Of a stretch of DNA of 64,000 bases, positions 34,875 to 46,413 are shown piece by piece; the first letter of the stretch is position 1; each line of letters starts with the position of its first letter. The position numbers were made by a program, and so were the translations under genes. Under the pieces are notes generated by a model, which worked only from the letters and a program-made list of their open reading frames with translations, made no database searches and was not told the DNA's origin. The DNA comes from Schizochytrium sp. TIO01 (Eukaryota > Protista > Bigyra: Labyrinthulomycetes): the NCBI GenBank assembly GCA_004764695.1, contig SMSO01000014.1:5818029-5882028 (forward strand), in the 5' to 3' direction.

Positions 34875-35648
34875 ATGGACAAACTCCAAACAGATTTTAA
34901 AACACTTGGTACCCTATATTCATATCTGATGACCGTGAATGGCCAAGGACCCAACGCTGCAACATATTCTGACGATCGCATCTCTGGGGCTTCCGGGGAC
35001 ACCTTGAGCGTGGAAGAAGCCAAAGAAACAGCGGTTTGGGAGCTTGAATCGCCGTCCACCATGCAAGATCACAGCAACTTTGCCTCGTTCGAAGGCTCTG
35101 CAGACCGCAACGCCGAGGACAGGACTTCAGACGGCTCGTCGGAAGACTCTGCGTCGTTTTCTGGTGACCAAATCGGTTATATGCCCCTTTTAGGCAACAT
35201 GAGCGACGATGACGATGATGACTCTGATGGAGACCATTTTCAAGTCCCTGGAAATGGCTTTCGAGAAGACGATGAAGGTCAAAATACAGAGAACCTTGTG
35301 CAAGCTGCAATGCAGATTATAGAAGCAGATTATACATACACTGTAAATGCAAAGTCCATGGCAGAACTCGAGGCAGAAATGGGATTTATCGTAAAGGGCG
35401 AGACTGCTTTATCAACGAATGAGCCAATACAGACTGATGATGGCCATGACGAACCTATCCTTCCCAACTCGGACGCTGGAATAGCACAAAATAGTGACCA
35501 GGATAACAAGAGTATTAATGGACCTCTTGTTGATGAGGCGCTGAGTAACAATACTTTTGCTTCAGAGCCTATGGATGCAGATGTAGCAGAGAAGATCAAG
35601 CAGCTTACGTTAGGTTTTAATCTGAGACTGAACCGAATGCCGAAATGA
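34875..35648 (+). CDS. Acidic protein, possibly MEA1-like
   Basis: D/E-rich ORF. GYMPL and C-terminal PMDADVAEKIKQLTLGFNL resemble MEA1-family motifs as recalled from memory. Confidence 0.5.
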   Translation: MDKLQTDFKTLGTLYSYLMTVNGQGPNAATYSDDRISGASGDTLSVEEAKETAVWELESPSTMQDHSNFASFEGSADRNAEDRTSDGSSEDSASFSGDQIGYMPLLGNMSDDDDDDSDGDHFQVPGNGFREDDEGQNTENLVQAAMQIIEADYTYTVNAKSMAELEAEMGFIVKGETALSTNEPIQTDDGHDEPILPNSDAGIAQNSDQDNKSINGPLVDEALSNNTFASEPMDADVAEKIKQLTLGFNLRLNRMPK

Positions 35649-35994
35649 AACGCTCTATCAAAGTGACCTGAAAGAATGCCCAGAGAATTCTGTTTGCTGC
35701 TGAAAATGATTGTGACATGTATTATATTTAATCAATAATACTGGTTTTAATTTCACTCGTACATCGTTGATTCTTGATGAGTTCCAGCAATGAGTTTATA
35801 CCATTCAAATAGTTCTTCATGTGGACACCATTTTGCTTCATCAGCCCCCCTTTTTTTTGTTTGTTTAACAGAGCTGTTTTGAAAGATATCCATGATGATA
35901 GTGAATTACTATATCTCCTGCAAAGGGGACATTTAAAAAAAGGTTAGCCTTTGACATGCATACGATCTAATAAAATTGCATTCGTTTCATAAGT

Positions 35995-37908
35995 TCACTC
36001 TTCTTCTTGGATATTCATCTTGTCAAAGACACTGGTTAGGTCTACAGCTTCACTTGGCCGAGATGGGTCTTGGTCGCGCTTTGGCAATTGAACAATTACA
36101 ATGGAGATGTTGTCATTCGAACTGAGGCAATCAACTGCAACCATTTCAGCTGCACCATCCAAATCTGTCGTATCAGGCTGTGCAATCGCTCCCTCAACAG
36201 CCTTTACTGTGTCCTCATTGCTTTTGACATCCCATACACCATCACAAGCAAGGACCACAAACTGCTCCTTGTCTACATTGCGCGGGATGATAAAAGTCTC
36301 CGGTACACTAGAGATCACAGGTTGTTCCTTGTTTTTATACTCGACATCGCCGAGGGCACGGGTCATGGCAAGCTGGGTTGAGTCGTCGTCCTGGTCAGGG
36401 CAGATAGAGAAGCGGAGGTTTGGTTCCTCACCCTTTTGAATAACCATGCCGCCTGCTGCTTCGATGCGTTCCCGCTCACTTTGCCAGAACTCAGTATCTA
36501 CTGAGTTGGAGTAGCAGTGATCTCTCGTGCTGGCAAGAACCTTACTGTCTTCAAACACAATACTGCGAGAGTCACCTACATTAGCAAGAACAATGTGAGT
36601 GTCAGTGATTGCAGCTATGGTGGCAGTGCTTCCACTCGTATTCAAGATCTTCTGCTTTCCATCAGAGCTGGTAAAGATGAACTTATCAAGAAGCTGCTTG
36701 TCGAGCTCCTGAAGAGTTTCTTGCAAAATTGTTGCAAGTGCTTCTGGGTTACTCCGGGGACTAGAAGAGGCGGAAATGGCCTCAGCCCGAGCCTTGAAGA
36801 CATCCTCAATATGCTTTGCTGCAAAGTCCGCAGAGGCACGTCCTCCATGACCATCAAACACTACAAACATACTGACTCCTGGGAAAACATTGGGTGCCAA
36901 ATACACAGCGTCTTCCATCTGCACACGATAGCCGGGTAAGCTAGCATGCCCATACTTGAGAACAGGTGCCATACCTGCTTCACGATTAGGTCTACGAACG
37001 GTCGCGGTGGAGAGGCGACTGCGGAAGCGCTGTTTGCGGTTCTTCGTTCTTGCTAGCGGCGAGATACTCTGATCACCAAGCTTGTGAAGCATCTTGATCA
37101 TCTTGGCACGGTCTGCGGGGGTACCGACCTTACTGAGCGCCGAGTGGCCGGCCGGGGTAGTGCCACTGGCATCAACAGGTGCTGCCTCTCCAAGTACATT
37201 TCCGTTATCCATGAGTTCCATAAGGGCAACGGTGGCGTCCTTCTTGAGTTCACCTGCAGCAATGTGCAATGCAGTACGGCCATTAAGGTCTGTTGCGTAC
37301 GGATCAAAACCGAGCTCTTGCACCAGGAAGCGGCACATTTCTGCATTGCCCATGTGAGCCGCGTGGTGGAGTGCAGTGAATCCTCTTCGACCCTGCTGGT
37401 TCAACGTACGCATATTCTTTAGCTCAGGGTTCATCATGACCTCACGACGCACACCCTCAAGGTTGCCCTTCATTAAGTTACTCATGAAGTATCTGGCACG
37501 CTGGTTGTCCAACACAGGTTGGTCTCCATACGACATGAGCTCGGCAGTTGCCAGAGACCTCGAGGCCTCGATAATGCGCTCACTAAGCGGATCAGCATCG
37601 TTGAGAGAGATATTTTTGCGTTGGCCTGCCGCAGGAGGCGTACTCGGTGGCGAAGGAGTCTTGGGTGCAGGCAATACACTCTCGACAGCTTTCTGCTCCA
37701 TAGTCCCCGCTGTTAGAGGATCACTAGACTGCTTTGACTGCTGAGTTTGTTGTTGGTTGGCTACGAGCTGTTGCATGTCTTCCTTGAGCTTTTCATTTTC
37801 ACGCATAAGTTTTTCCATGCGCGACATGAGTTCATCTACGCGAGACACGAGCTGAGTGAGCACCTTGCTAGTGCCGTCTTTGCCATCCTCGGCACCAATG
37901 CTAGCCAT
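35995..37908 (-). CDS. Coiled-coil + ankyrin repeat + PP2C phosphatase fusion
   Basis: GFTALHHAA and GRTALHIAA ankyrin repeats. PP2C motifs RVQMEDA, VFDGHGG, GSTA, NVGDSR, TRALGD, LACDGVWDV, DNISI. Confidence 0.9.
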   Translation of the reverse strand: MASIGAEDGKDGTSKVLTQLVSRVDELMSRMEKLMRENEKLKEDMQQLVANQQQTQQSKQSSDPLTAGTMEQKAVESVLPAPKTPSPPSTPPAAGQRKNISLNDADPLSERIIEASRSLATAELMSYGDQPVLDNQRARYFMSNLMKGNLEGVRREVMMNPELKNMRTLNQQGRRGFTALHHAAHMGNAEMCRFLVQELGFDPYATDLNGRTALHIAAGELKKDATVALMELMDNGNVLGEAAPVDASGTTPAGHSALSKVGTPADRAKMIKMLHKLGDQSISPLARTKNRKQRFRSRLSTATVRRPNREAGMAPVLKYGHASLPGYRVQMEDAVYLAPNVFPGVSMFVVFDGHGGRASADFAAKHIEDVFKARAEAISASSSPRSNPEALATILQETLQELDKQLLDKFIFTSSDGKQKILNTSGSTATIAAITDTHIVLANVGDSRSIVFEDSKVLASTRDHCYSNSVDTEFWQSERERIEAAGGMVIQKGEEPNLRFSICPDQDDDSTQLAMTRALGDVEYKNKEQPVISSVPETFIIPRNVDKEQFVVLACDGVWDVKSNEDTVKAVEGAIAQPDTTDLDGAAEMVAVDCLSSNDNISIVIVQLPKRDQDPSRPSEAVDLTSVFDKMNIQEEE

Positions 37909-39296
37909 CTTGGGCTTCTTCGATGTTAGAACCAGACAAAAAGGCCTGTACGAAGCCCGCTACAGCACCCAAACCTCGGCGATTACGTCGCAAATTGTTC
38001 TGCAAGAGCCTTTGCAACGCCCAAAGTCCCTAACCTTGAGAAATCAGGTGAGGGTTTATCTTTTCTTGTTTTGCTTTGCTTTGCTTTGATTTGCACTTGT
38101 ACTTTCTCCAAAGCGGTTATCAATTTCCCGCTCTTCCTGTTGTATAATGTAATAGATAGCAACTCCAGGTTGGCGACTAGTCAAAAAATGAGACAATGTT
38201 AAGAGCGCTCTAAGATTAAGAGACCTTGGACATCCGCCTTGAGATGCTGTGCTGCGCGGTAATACGAGCGTATGCGTAGATTAACAGAGAAACGTGGTCT
38301 CTGCGGAAGCGAGTAAACGTTTTAATTTAGCCACTGTTGAGAAAAATTAACTCTGATCAAGTTGTGATGTGAGGGCGTACAACATCATAGCATTGCAAGA
38401 ACTTTCTTTGCAAGAGTGAAATGGGGCATATATACTAATATACATCAATAATTTCATTCATAGCCAAACTTCCAATGTGAATCTCGATCAGGTCTGTGCG
38501 CCCATGGGGTATGTACTCATCATATCCATAACATTATGTATTGTAACACTGTCTTGCCAATTTCGGAAAATAGTTGCTGACAAGAAGAAACAACTCCAGT
38601 CATTGAATATTCAATCTCATGCAGCAGAAGTTTCAAAGCCAATGAATTACTGCTCAGTGAGAAACCAACCCTATCGAGCTTTAGAGAGCTTCTCATAACA
38701 ATAGACAATTCTACAGGGATTGCAGGACAACGACAAGTACTAATACTGTAGTCTGACAGAGAAGGGAACCAAATTGAGGGATCCTTATAGTGACAAACAT
38801 AATCTTCAGTTCCCAGAAAACCTCAGAAAAACTACTGAGTACTTTAATTTCACAGGGGGAAGGGGTGACGGTTCTCTCTTCGATCCTCTAGTAGGTGATT
38901 TTGAAGTCAGTTTATACAAAATATAAGTCTTTTATGTTCACGACGTATGTATGAAATAGCAACTCCTGGGTGCTCTCAACTTTCTGGTTTCACGTGAACA
39001 ATTCCACAACAGCTGACCCTGAACACGTCTCAGACGGTCTGCGCTCAAAGCTGTCTTGAAGTCAACCGTGCGGGCTTGCTCAGGGGATCGTACGTAGCCT
39101 CCTTGCGTCAGCCGCCTGCCACTGTTAAAGCTTTAGTTGGCTTAGATTGACAGATCCGGGCTTTCATCAATACTTGCTGGCCTTTCGACAATATTCTATG
39201 CGAATAAAATAGCCATCCCCAGAGAGCGATTCCTCCGAATCGGAAGCGGTATACCGCTTAGAGTTTTTGACCTTTTCTCAAAGCTAGTCTAGTAGT

Positions 39297-42200
39297 ATGC
39301 CCAAAAGACTCTGTCCAGTTCAGCAACTGCTGAGTCATGCGTCTAAACGAGTTAAAGAAAATAATGGGAATTCTTCCTCAACTCCGAGTATGGGTTGGTA
39401 CTCAGGAATTTCAGAATCAAAGCCTGATGATTCCGTGCAAACTCCTGAGCCGCTAAAAAGTGTCACGCGAGTCAAAATGCTCCCGCCGCATCGTCTCGCA
39501 CAAGAGCTAGTAGAAGCTATGGAGGCTGGGGACATATGGCACATTCGATCTCTCCTATCGCAGCCAGTAATAAAAGCCACACCTCTTGCTCGTTTAACTG
39601 GCCTTCCAGAGTATCTCGCGTCACTAGATATTCCGGCTGAGGTCTGGCAGGGTTTGCGGGAGCTCATTGCGCGCCCCTGGGAAATGCTAATTTCTGATGT
39701 AGTGGAATATGCTCTTAGTTGTGGCGATGTTGAGCAAGCACGCCGGATTGTAGACACACTTGGGACCGACCCTGCTCGATCAAGCCTCATTCGCCGACCT
39801 TTTATTATCTTGCGAAAGGCCCTGAAGGCGGGCCAGCGGGACGTGGTAGACTTCATTTTTTCCCTTCCCAACCTCACTGTAGACTTAAATTTAGGTGTTG
39901 GATTGCCACTTCGCACGGCAGCAATTCATGGCTGGGTGCATGCCATAAAGTACCTCTTGTCAACGTCTAGTGTAGATCCTAATGCACGTCCGCGTGCTGG
40001 ATTGTCAGCATTGTCTAATGCAACTCGATATGGCCATATCGAGGTTATTAGACTTCTTTTAAAAGATCGTCGTACGAATGTACATTTGGATGACGAGGAT
40101 GCTCTATGTGAAGCAGCAAAAAGAGGACACCTGGATATCGTAAAACTCTTACTTAAATGCGGCGCAAACCCAGGCTTGATTCATAGTTTTCCTTTTCGAG
40201 TGGCGTGTGCAAACGGTCATATTGAGGTTGCACGGCTTTTAGCCAAAGACTCAAGAATTAAAATTGATGCATGTGACGGGGAGGCTTTGATGAGCACTTG
40301 CTTTTATGGGGCATCGGATCTGGTTAGTGCTCTGTTAAGGTGCAGGACGGTAGACCCCTGCATTGACGGTTGCAAAGCTATACGTATTGCCCTGGAGCGC
40401 GGTCACCTTGAGGCGGCCCGAATTTTGCTTGCAGATCATCGAATCCCCCCATCTGCAGCTTCTTCTTTACTAATATCTGCGGCGTCGAGTGGATTATCTG
40501 AAATCGTAGATGAGCTTTTAAAAAGTGGACGTGCTTCTGCCAGTGCATCGGACCAAACTGCGATTCGTGTCGCGTGTGCAAGAGGGCACACTCGAACAGT
40601 CGAGTTGCTGCTTGCAGTAGATGGGGTCGATCCTAGCACACATGGGAATGAAGCCTTGCGAGAATCTGCGAAAGGGGGTTTTCTGGACATTGTGAAACTA
40701 CTATTAGCCCATCCAAGCGTTGACCCATGCGCTGAAATGAGTGAGGCGCTGGTGGCCGCCTCGGCTCGCGGGCACTATGACATAGTCAAATGCCTTTTGT
40801 CTGACGGACGCGCAGATCCAGCGGCTTTGAGTAACCTTGCGCTTCGGCTTGCATTGGAGAACAGCCACGACGAGGTTGTGCTCATTCTCGCTGCAGACCC
40901 TCGCGTTGACTTGTCGATGGACAATAACAGGCTCTTCATTATAGCTGCTGACCAGGGTCGTGAAAGAGCAGTGTGGGGGTTGCTAGCCCACCGAAAAGTG
41001 AATCCAGCTGCAAGAAATAATGCAGCAATATGTTTAGCTGCACAAAATGGACATTTAAAAGTTGTGAAATTGCTTTTGGCCGATGGCCGCTCAGACCCTA
41101 GCTGTGAACAAAATGATCCGATTCGTTATGCTTCCAAAAATGGGCATCTCGCTGTAGTCGAAGCTTTATTGGAGGATCCACGTGTAGATCCCAGTGATCG
41201 GGACTCCGAGGCACTTTTATGGGCTGTACAGGGTGCACATGCTGATGTAATGCGTGCACTTGTTGAGCATAGCGCCCGGACAGTGGACCCGGCTGCTGGA
41301 AACCACGCTTATTTAATGTGGGCGATCGGGATGAATAATGTGACAGTGGTGGGGCGCCTCTTGAATGATCCTCGTGTTGACCCTGCGACTAACAATGATT
41401 GGCCGATACGTGAGGCGGCTCGATTGGGCCATGCAAATGTTGTAGCATTGCTAGCAAATGAAGACCGTGTTAACCCTTCGGCTGTGAAATGTGTTGCACT
41501 GAGGGATGCCTGCCGTCTTGGTCATACAGAAGTAGTTCGTATTCTTCTGTCGCAGACGAGTAGTGATCCTACTGTGCTGAGGAATGCTCCATTACGGTTA
41601 GCATGCGAAAACGGACATGAAGATATTGTAAATATTCTTCTCTCCGATAGTCGTGTTCGGGGAACACAAAAAAAGAATACAATGCTTGTGGTTGCGATGG
41701 AGCATGGGCAACCTGGAGCCCTCTGTGTTTTGATTCGTAGTCAACATTACTGTTTAAGGCCTTTGTGGATTCAGCTGATGCGATGGGCTTGTAATAACAA
41801 TAATGTAAGCGTCGTCCGGGCTTTGCTAGAAAATGAAGATTCTCGGCCAGATTTCGATTCCGATTGGGCAATTCGAACAAGCTGTGAGAATGGTTATGCA
41901 GATATTGTAGATGCGTTGTTGAAGGATGGTCGTTGTCATCCACTCACCCAAAATTTTATTTGTTTTCATTCCGCTGTGCGTAGCGGCTGTGCTCGTATCG
42001 TGAATGCATTGATCAATATCAATGCAGCACCCTCATCTGCACAACAAGCGGTTTTTGATCCCCCCCCCTTCTTGTAGCCGTTCAAGAAGGGCACCTCGAT
42101 GTGTTCCGTCTTCTTTTGGAACATGATCAATTTCTTGTTGCCTCGTCTCTCATTGTTTCTGCTGTGACGCAGAATCGGATTGAAATGGTTCGCATTCTCC

Positions 42201-42901
42201 TCAAGGATGCGCGAGTTGACCCCACTGTCCAGGGTTCTCGTGTTCTGCAAGTTGCCGCTTCAGATAATCGCTGCGAAATAACACAACTGCTGCTCGAGGA
42301 TAAGCGAGTGGATGTGAAGGCCTCAGATTGTTTGGCGTTCAGGGAAGCTGCCTTGCGTGGGCATGTTAATATTGTAAAAATGCTTCTTGCTGAACCAAAC
42401 ATAGATCCGCGCGTCATGAACGATTTTGCTTTGCGTCAGGCCTGTGAGCGAGGGCATGCTGCTGTCGTTCGTTTACTGTTAGAAGATGGGCGAAGCGACC
42501 CTGCGCTGAATAATAATATAGCAATCCATATGGCGGCCCGGTATCATCGATTTGATGTAGTACGCACGCTTTTAACCAGTCCACGTGTTAAGCGAAACTT
42601 GAGCTCCTGGCTGCTTTACCAAAGCGATGGTATTGCTCCAGTTCAGAGCGATATGGAAGCAGGGGCCTTTTCTGCAGCTCAAGTATGTATTATGGTTTAT
42701 AAAGCGTTGGTCTCCCATTCCCCTCGCCAGGGAGGTTTGGCATATCATAAAGATATCATTCTTGATATCTTGACCTTTGCTTGTGCAGACAAATTAATTT
42801 TGTGCTTTAGCAAGTTAGCTGATGTCCCAGGACGAGCACGCAGGCTTTTATCTGACCTAATAAACATTCGGGAGAAAAATAGTATCAATACTTCCTCGTG
42901 A
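39297..42901 (+). CDS. Long ankyrin-repeat protein (~1200 aa), split by a frameshift at C9 (42060-42068)
   Basis: Many DPS..N.A.R.A...GH..VV.LLL.D.RV repeats in both ORFs (39297-42077 and 42101-42901). The -1 frame reads PLLVAVQEGHLDVFRLLL directly after the C run. Confidence 0.85.
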
Positions 42902-43517
42902 TCAATATCATCGCTACTGTCCTTCGGGTCATCTCAAGTGATTTAACATCCTACCATTAACTAAATAGATTGGGTGAAAAAGATTTCACTTCTCTTTCGT
43001 GAAAAGTTCAGAAGGTTAAAGAGCGAATCTAGAGCCTTTTTGTTCTTTGAAAACAAAATTTGTTGATCAAGTTGGCCATTATGGTAAATGCGTACATATT
43101 TTTGTTGAGTCAAGGTTAAAATAGAAGAGAATAAATGGTCAAGCCTTATTGCTGATGTAATGATGTAATGTGAAAATAAAATGTATAGTGGTTTTCTTTC
43201 ATATAATATCTTCTCAACTACACATAGTCGAGAGGAAGTTTTCTTTGGAATGAAGAAAGTTTTAAACCTGCACAAAGATTCCCCGAAATTAAGCATTTGA
43301 AGAAAACTGTTTACAAAGGTGACTTCCTCAACAGCATCAAGACCACATTGGCTCCCAAATAGGCAGCCAAGAACCAATCAACAAGCGATACAACGAGTTC
43401 GTTGCATTTCGTTAAGAAAAAACAAAAAACATGCGGCATGGCCAATACATCTCACTGTATTGAGATTGAAAGAACACACATACAAAGCAAATACTTGAAA
43501 TCTCGCGAGTGAATTCT

Positions 43518-44174
43518 CTAGAAAAACACGTTATATATCAGCAAAAGGAAGCACATGATAACAACGCCAATGGCACCATATCCTACAAGTTTCTTGACGC
43601 GTTCGTTATGTTCCATATTCCTTAAGATTCCTCTTGCCTGGCCAGTGAGTGAATTTGTTTCTTGAAGCTTTCGGCGCGTGGACTCTAGCGTGGCACGGTT
43701 CTCCTGCAGCTGTTCCGCTACGCTTTGTGCGGTTTCCTCAATTTCGAGCATAGTACGGTGCGAGTCTTGTAATTTCCGCGTGCCATCTTCCATGCGCTGA
43801 TTCACTTTGAGCATGCGCTCACGCTCTGCAGAAGATCCTGAACCATGCGCTGACGAGGCCACGGATGAGGTAGTGAGATATGCACGCTTGCTGGCTTCGT
43901 AGACACCGTTGAATCTAGACTGCAAATTCTTGGCGTCGTCCTTGAACTGCTTTACTTTAGCCTGCAATGCTTTGCGACTCGCAGAGTCTGCTTGCGAGCG
44001 CGCCTCTGCCTCTAGTTGTTTAATTGCTTGAGCAGCCTTAGAGAATTCACCCTCAAGATCGTTTAGCTTATTCGGATCCACGTTACTGCCATCCCCTGAT
44101 TCCAGTAAATCGTCAAGAGTGTCACGAATACCATCTAAAATAGTGGAAATCTCGCCCTCGTAGAGTCCCAACAT
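43518..44174 (-). CDS. VTI1: Qb-SNARE Vti1
   Basis: N-terminal helical bundle (YEGEI..QLEAEARS), SNARE motif (LQDSHRTMLEIEETAQSVAEQLQENRATL), C-terminal transmembrane anchor. Confidence 0.85.
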   Translation of the reverse strand: MLGLYEGEISTILDGIRDTLDDLLESGDGSNVDPNKLNDLEGEFSKAAQAIKQLEAEARSQADSASRKALQAKVKQFKDDAKNLQSRFNGVYEASKRAYLTTSSVASSAHGSGSSAERERMLKVNQRMEDGTRKLQDSHRTMLEIEETAQSVAEQLQENRATLESTRRKLQETNSLTGQARGILRNMEHNERVKKLVGYGAIGVVIMCFLLLIYNVFF

Positions 44175-45220
44175 TTCTGCTGCGAATTTCGCTTGACACC
44201 TTCAATGTCTGCTTCTCTCAAAATCTTCTGCTCCACCTTCAGACTAGGGTCTTGCTCGCCACGTGGGTCGTCTGCTCCGGCTCCGAGGATCTTTGTCACG
44301 TCCAATCCACCGCTTCTGTCTGCACAGGGGATGAGAGCAGAGAGTGGCGAATACTTGATCACTTGTGTTCTACTTGTAGCTTTAACAAAATGCTCAACTT
44401 TGCCCAGAGTCTGCACAACGGAGTCAGAAACCTATCCCTTTTCCTGTTTGTTGCGTTGTCAATTCGACGCTCTTCTCGCAGTGTATTTATACATACCAGA
44501 AAATGTACCATCATTGATAGAGTAACTGCTAAATAGGTCTATAGTTGACAATATTAGCAGCATCAAACAAAGAAAGGAGGCCTCTTTGTAATGCTTATTC
44601 TAGCGAATGCGAATATTTTTGCTGCAAAGATTCTATTGGTACGATTCATTTTAGAGCTATCTGGGGTTCTTCTGACTGATGGCCTCTTTAAGGCTTCAAC
44701 TATTTCGGAGTTGGAATTGATTTATTGTTTTCACAACACTTTGCGTTTGTGTACCATCCAGTGAGTAATTTCTTCTTTATTAAAAAAATAACTACATGCA
44801 TGTATTTGCGTTTCACTGGCATATTATCTAAGATACCCACATCGTTGTGGGTATAAATAAGGATTGCGAAACGTAAAAAAATATCTGGTGGATTCCGGCA
44901 AGTAATGTGTGCATATCCGGAAAATTGACGGTATCATTTAGGTGTGTACGATATGGTTGCCTTAGATAAACATCGACCACGATCAAGATCACTTGAAGAA
45001 TTGATTCTGAGGTCCCTAGCTCAGGTCTTAGATGCTCAACAACATAGAATTATCCTTGTACTGAGGGAACAAACAGAGCCAGTATATCAAGAGAATATAG
45101 GAACTGAAGCCATACTTCGGGACGAGCAAAGCTATAGCTGTACCAGAGGTATAATTTAAAATGACAATCTGTGAAATGAGATTCATAAGCAAATAACATA
45201 GTACAAAGTAAAATAAGAAT

Positions 45221-45889
45221 TCAAATACGCACATCGACTCGTCTCAGCAAACTGGAACGAAGAACAATGCGATCTATCATGAACAGAGCAGATATAATAA
45301 GCGGAATTGCATTGCAAAACATGAATACAAAAGTGTATGCAAAGATTGGCCATGGCTGCATGAGCATGTATGATGTTGCCGTGAGACCAATAATGTGCAT
45401 GATGAGAGAAAATGTGTTAAAAATCGAAGATTGACTTGGGTGGCCCCATGTCATTGTCCCAATCTCAATCACATTGCACATAATGGATGATGCAAGTAGC
45501 CACGAAAAACTAGGAAGAGTAGAAATAGAAGAAGATTAATATCATCATGTCAGTGAAAACGATGCCAGCTATTACCAATTCTTAGATCAGGATATTACAT
45601 TCCCCTACTTACTTGAAGTCTATTTGAAAATACTCCCTGCGAAAACTTTCGTCATCTGTGATACGCGAGTCACTGCGTAATGCAGCCGCAAGATTATAAT
45701 ACTGCAGAAGCGTTTTGGTCAAAATGTATGTAAGTACATCGTTGATGAAAAATGCAAACTAGCAAACTAGAGAACCTCTGCAGCAGCAAAACGTACCTTT
45801 TCATCATAAAGAACTGAAGTCACAAGAAGCTGGAGGAAAATTGCTACAAAGCGGGCCTGCAAGCTCTTCATCCCAGAACCCGTCTTCAT
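45221..45889 (-). CDS. TMEM107: TMEM107-like ciliary transition-zone protein, 3 exons (45889-45797, 45701-45613, 45509-45221), 156 aa
   Basis: Introns GTACGT..CAG and GTAAGT..TAG give one continuous frame (93+89+289=471 nt): MKTGSGMKSLQARFVAIFLQLLV...NLAAAL...EYFQID...SLIMH...W...YTFVFMFCNAIP, matching TMEM107 motifs as recalled. Confidence 0.8.
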
Positions 45890-46413
45890 CGCCTTCAACA
45901 CCTTTATTTGTTCGTCGCAAATGCCGTTTCTCACACAAGGTCGAGAACGTTTCCGCTGAAGAAACCCCTATGCTTTGACAAGAAGAAAGTAAAGGTAGCG
46001 TCTGCAGAGCTAATCTGCTGCCCTGCCAGAGCACCCAACCCTTTGCCTCCCGCTATTGAGGTTTTGGGACACAAAGAGAAACAATGATGAACTTGTTGTC
46101 TAAGAACCGTTAGACCATTTTTAATTAAAAAAAATAATAAAAATAGAACTAGGTACATTAAAAGAACTCTTACTAGAAAAAAACATTAAAACGGAAAAAA
46201 TAACTGAGTTGTTGGTACTCACATAAATAGCCTCGTTTAGTTTGAGTTTTCCCTCCCCGTAGCCCGGCAATAAAGTGCCTTGCATAAACATAATTAATTT
46301 TCAAATCACTTTTGCAGTGATTCTTGACCGTATGACCTTGTGCTGAACCAGTCCTGTATTTTACATATAACTTTGTAATAACACAATGTATAGAAAAGCT
46401 TAAAACATTATTC

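Noticed and set aside
39297-42901. Viral origin of the ankyrin-repeat gene
   Set aside because: This repeat style also occurs in cellular eukaryotes and no viral hallmark genes are nearby. It cannot be supported without a phylogeny.
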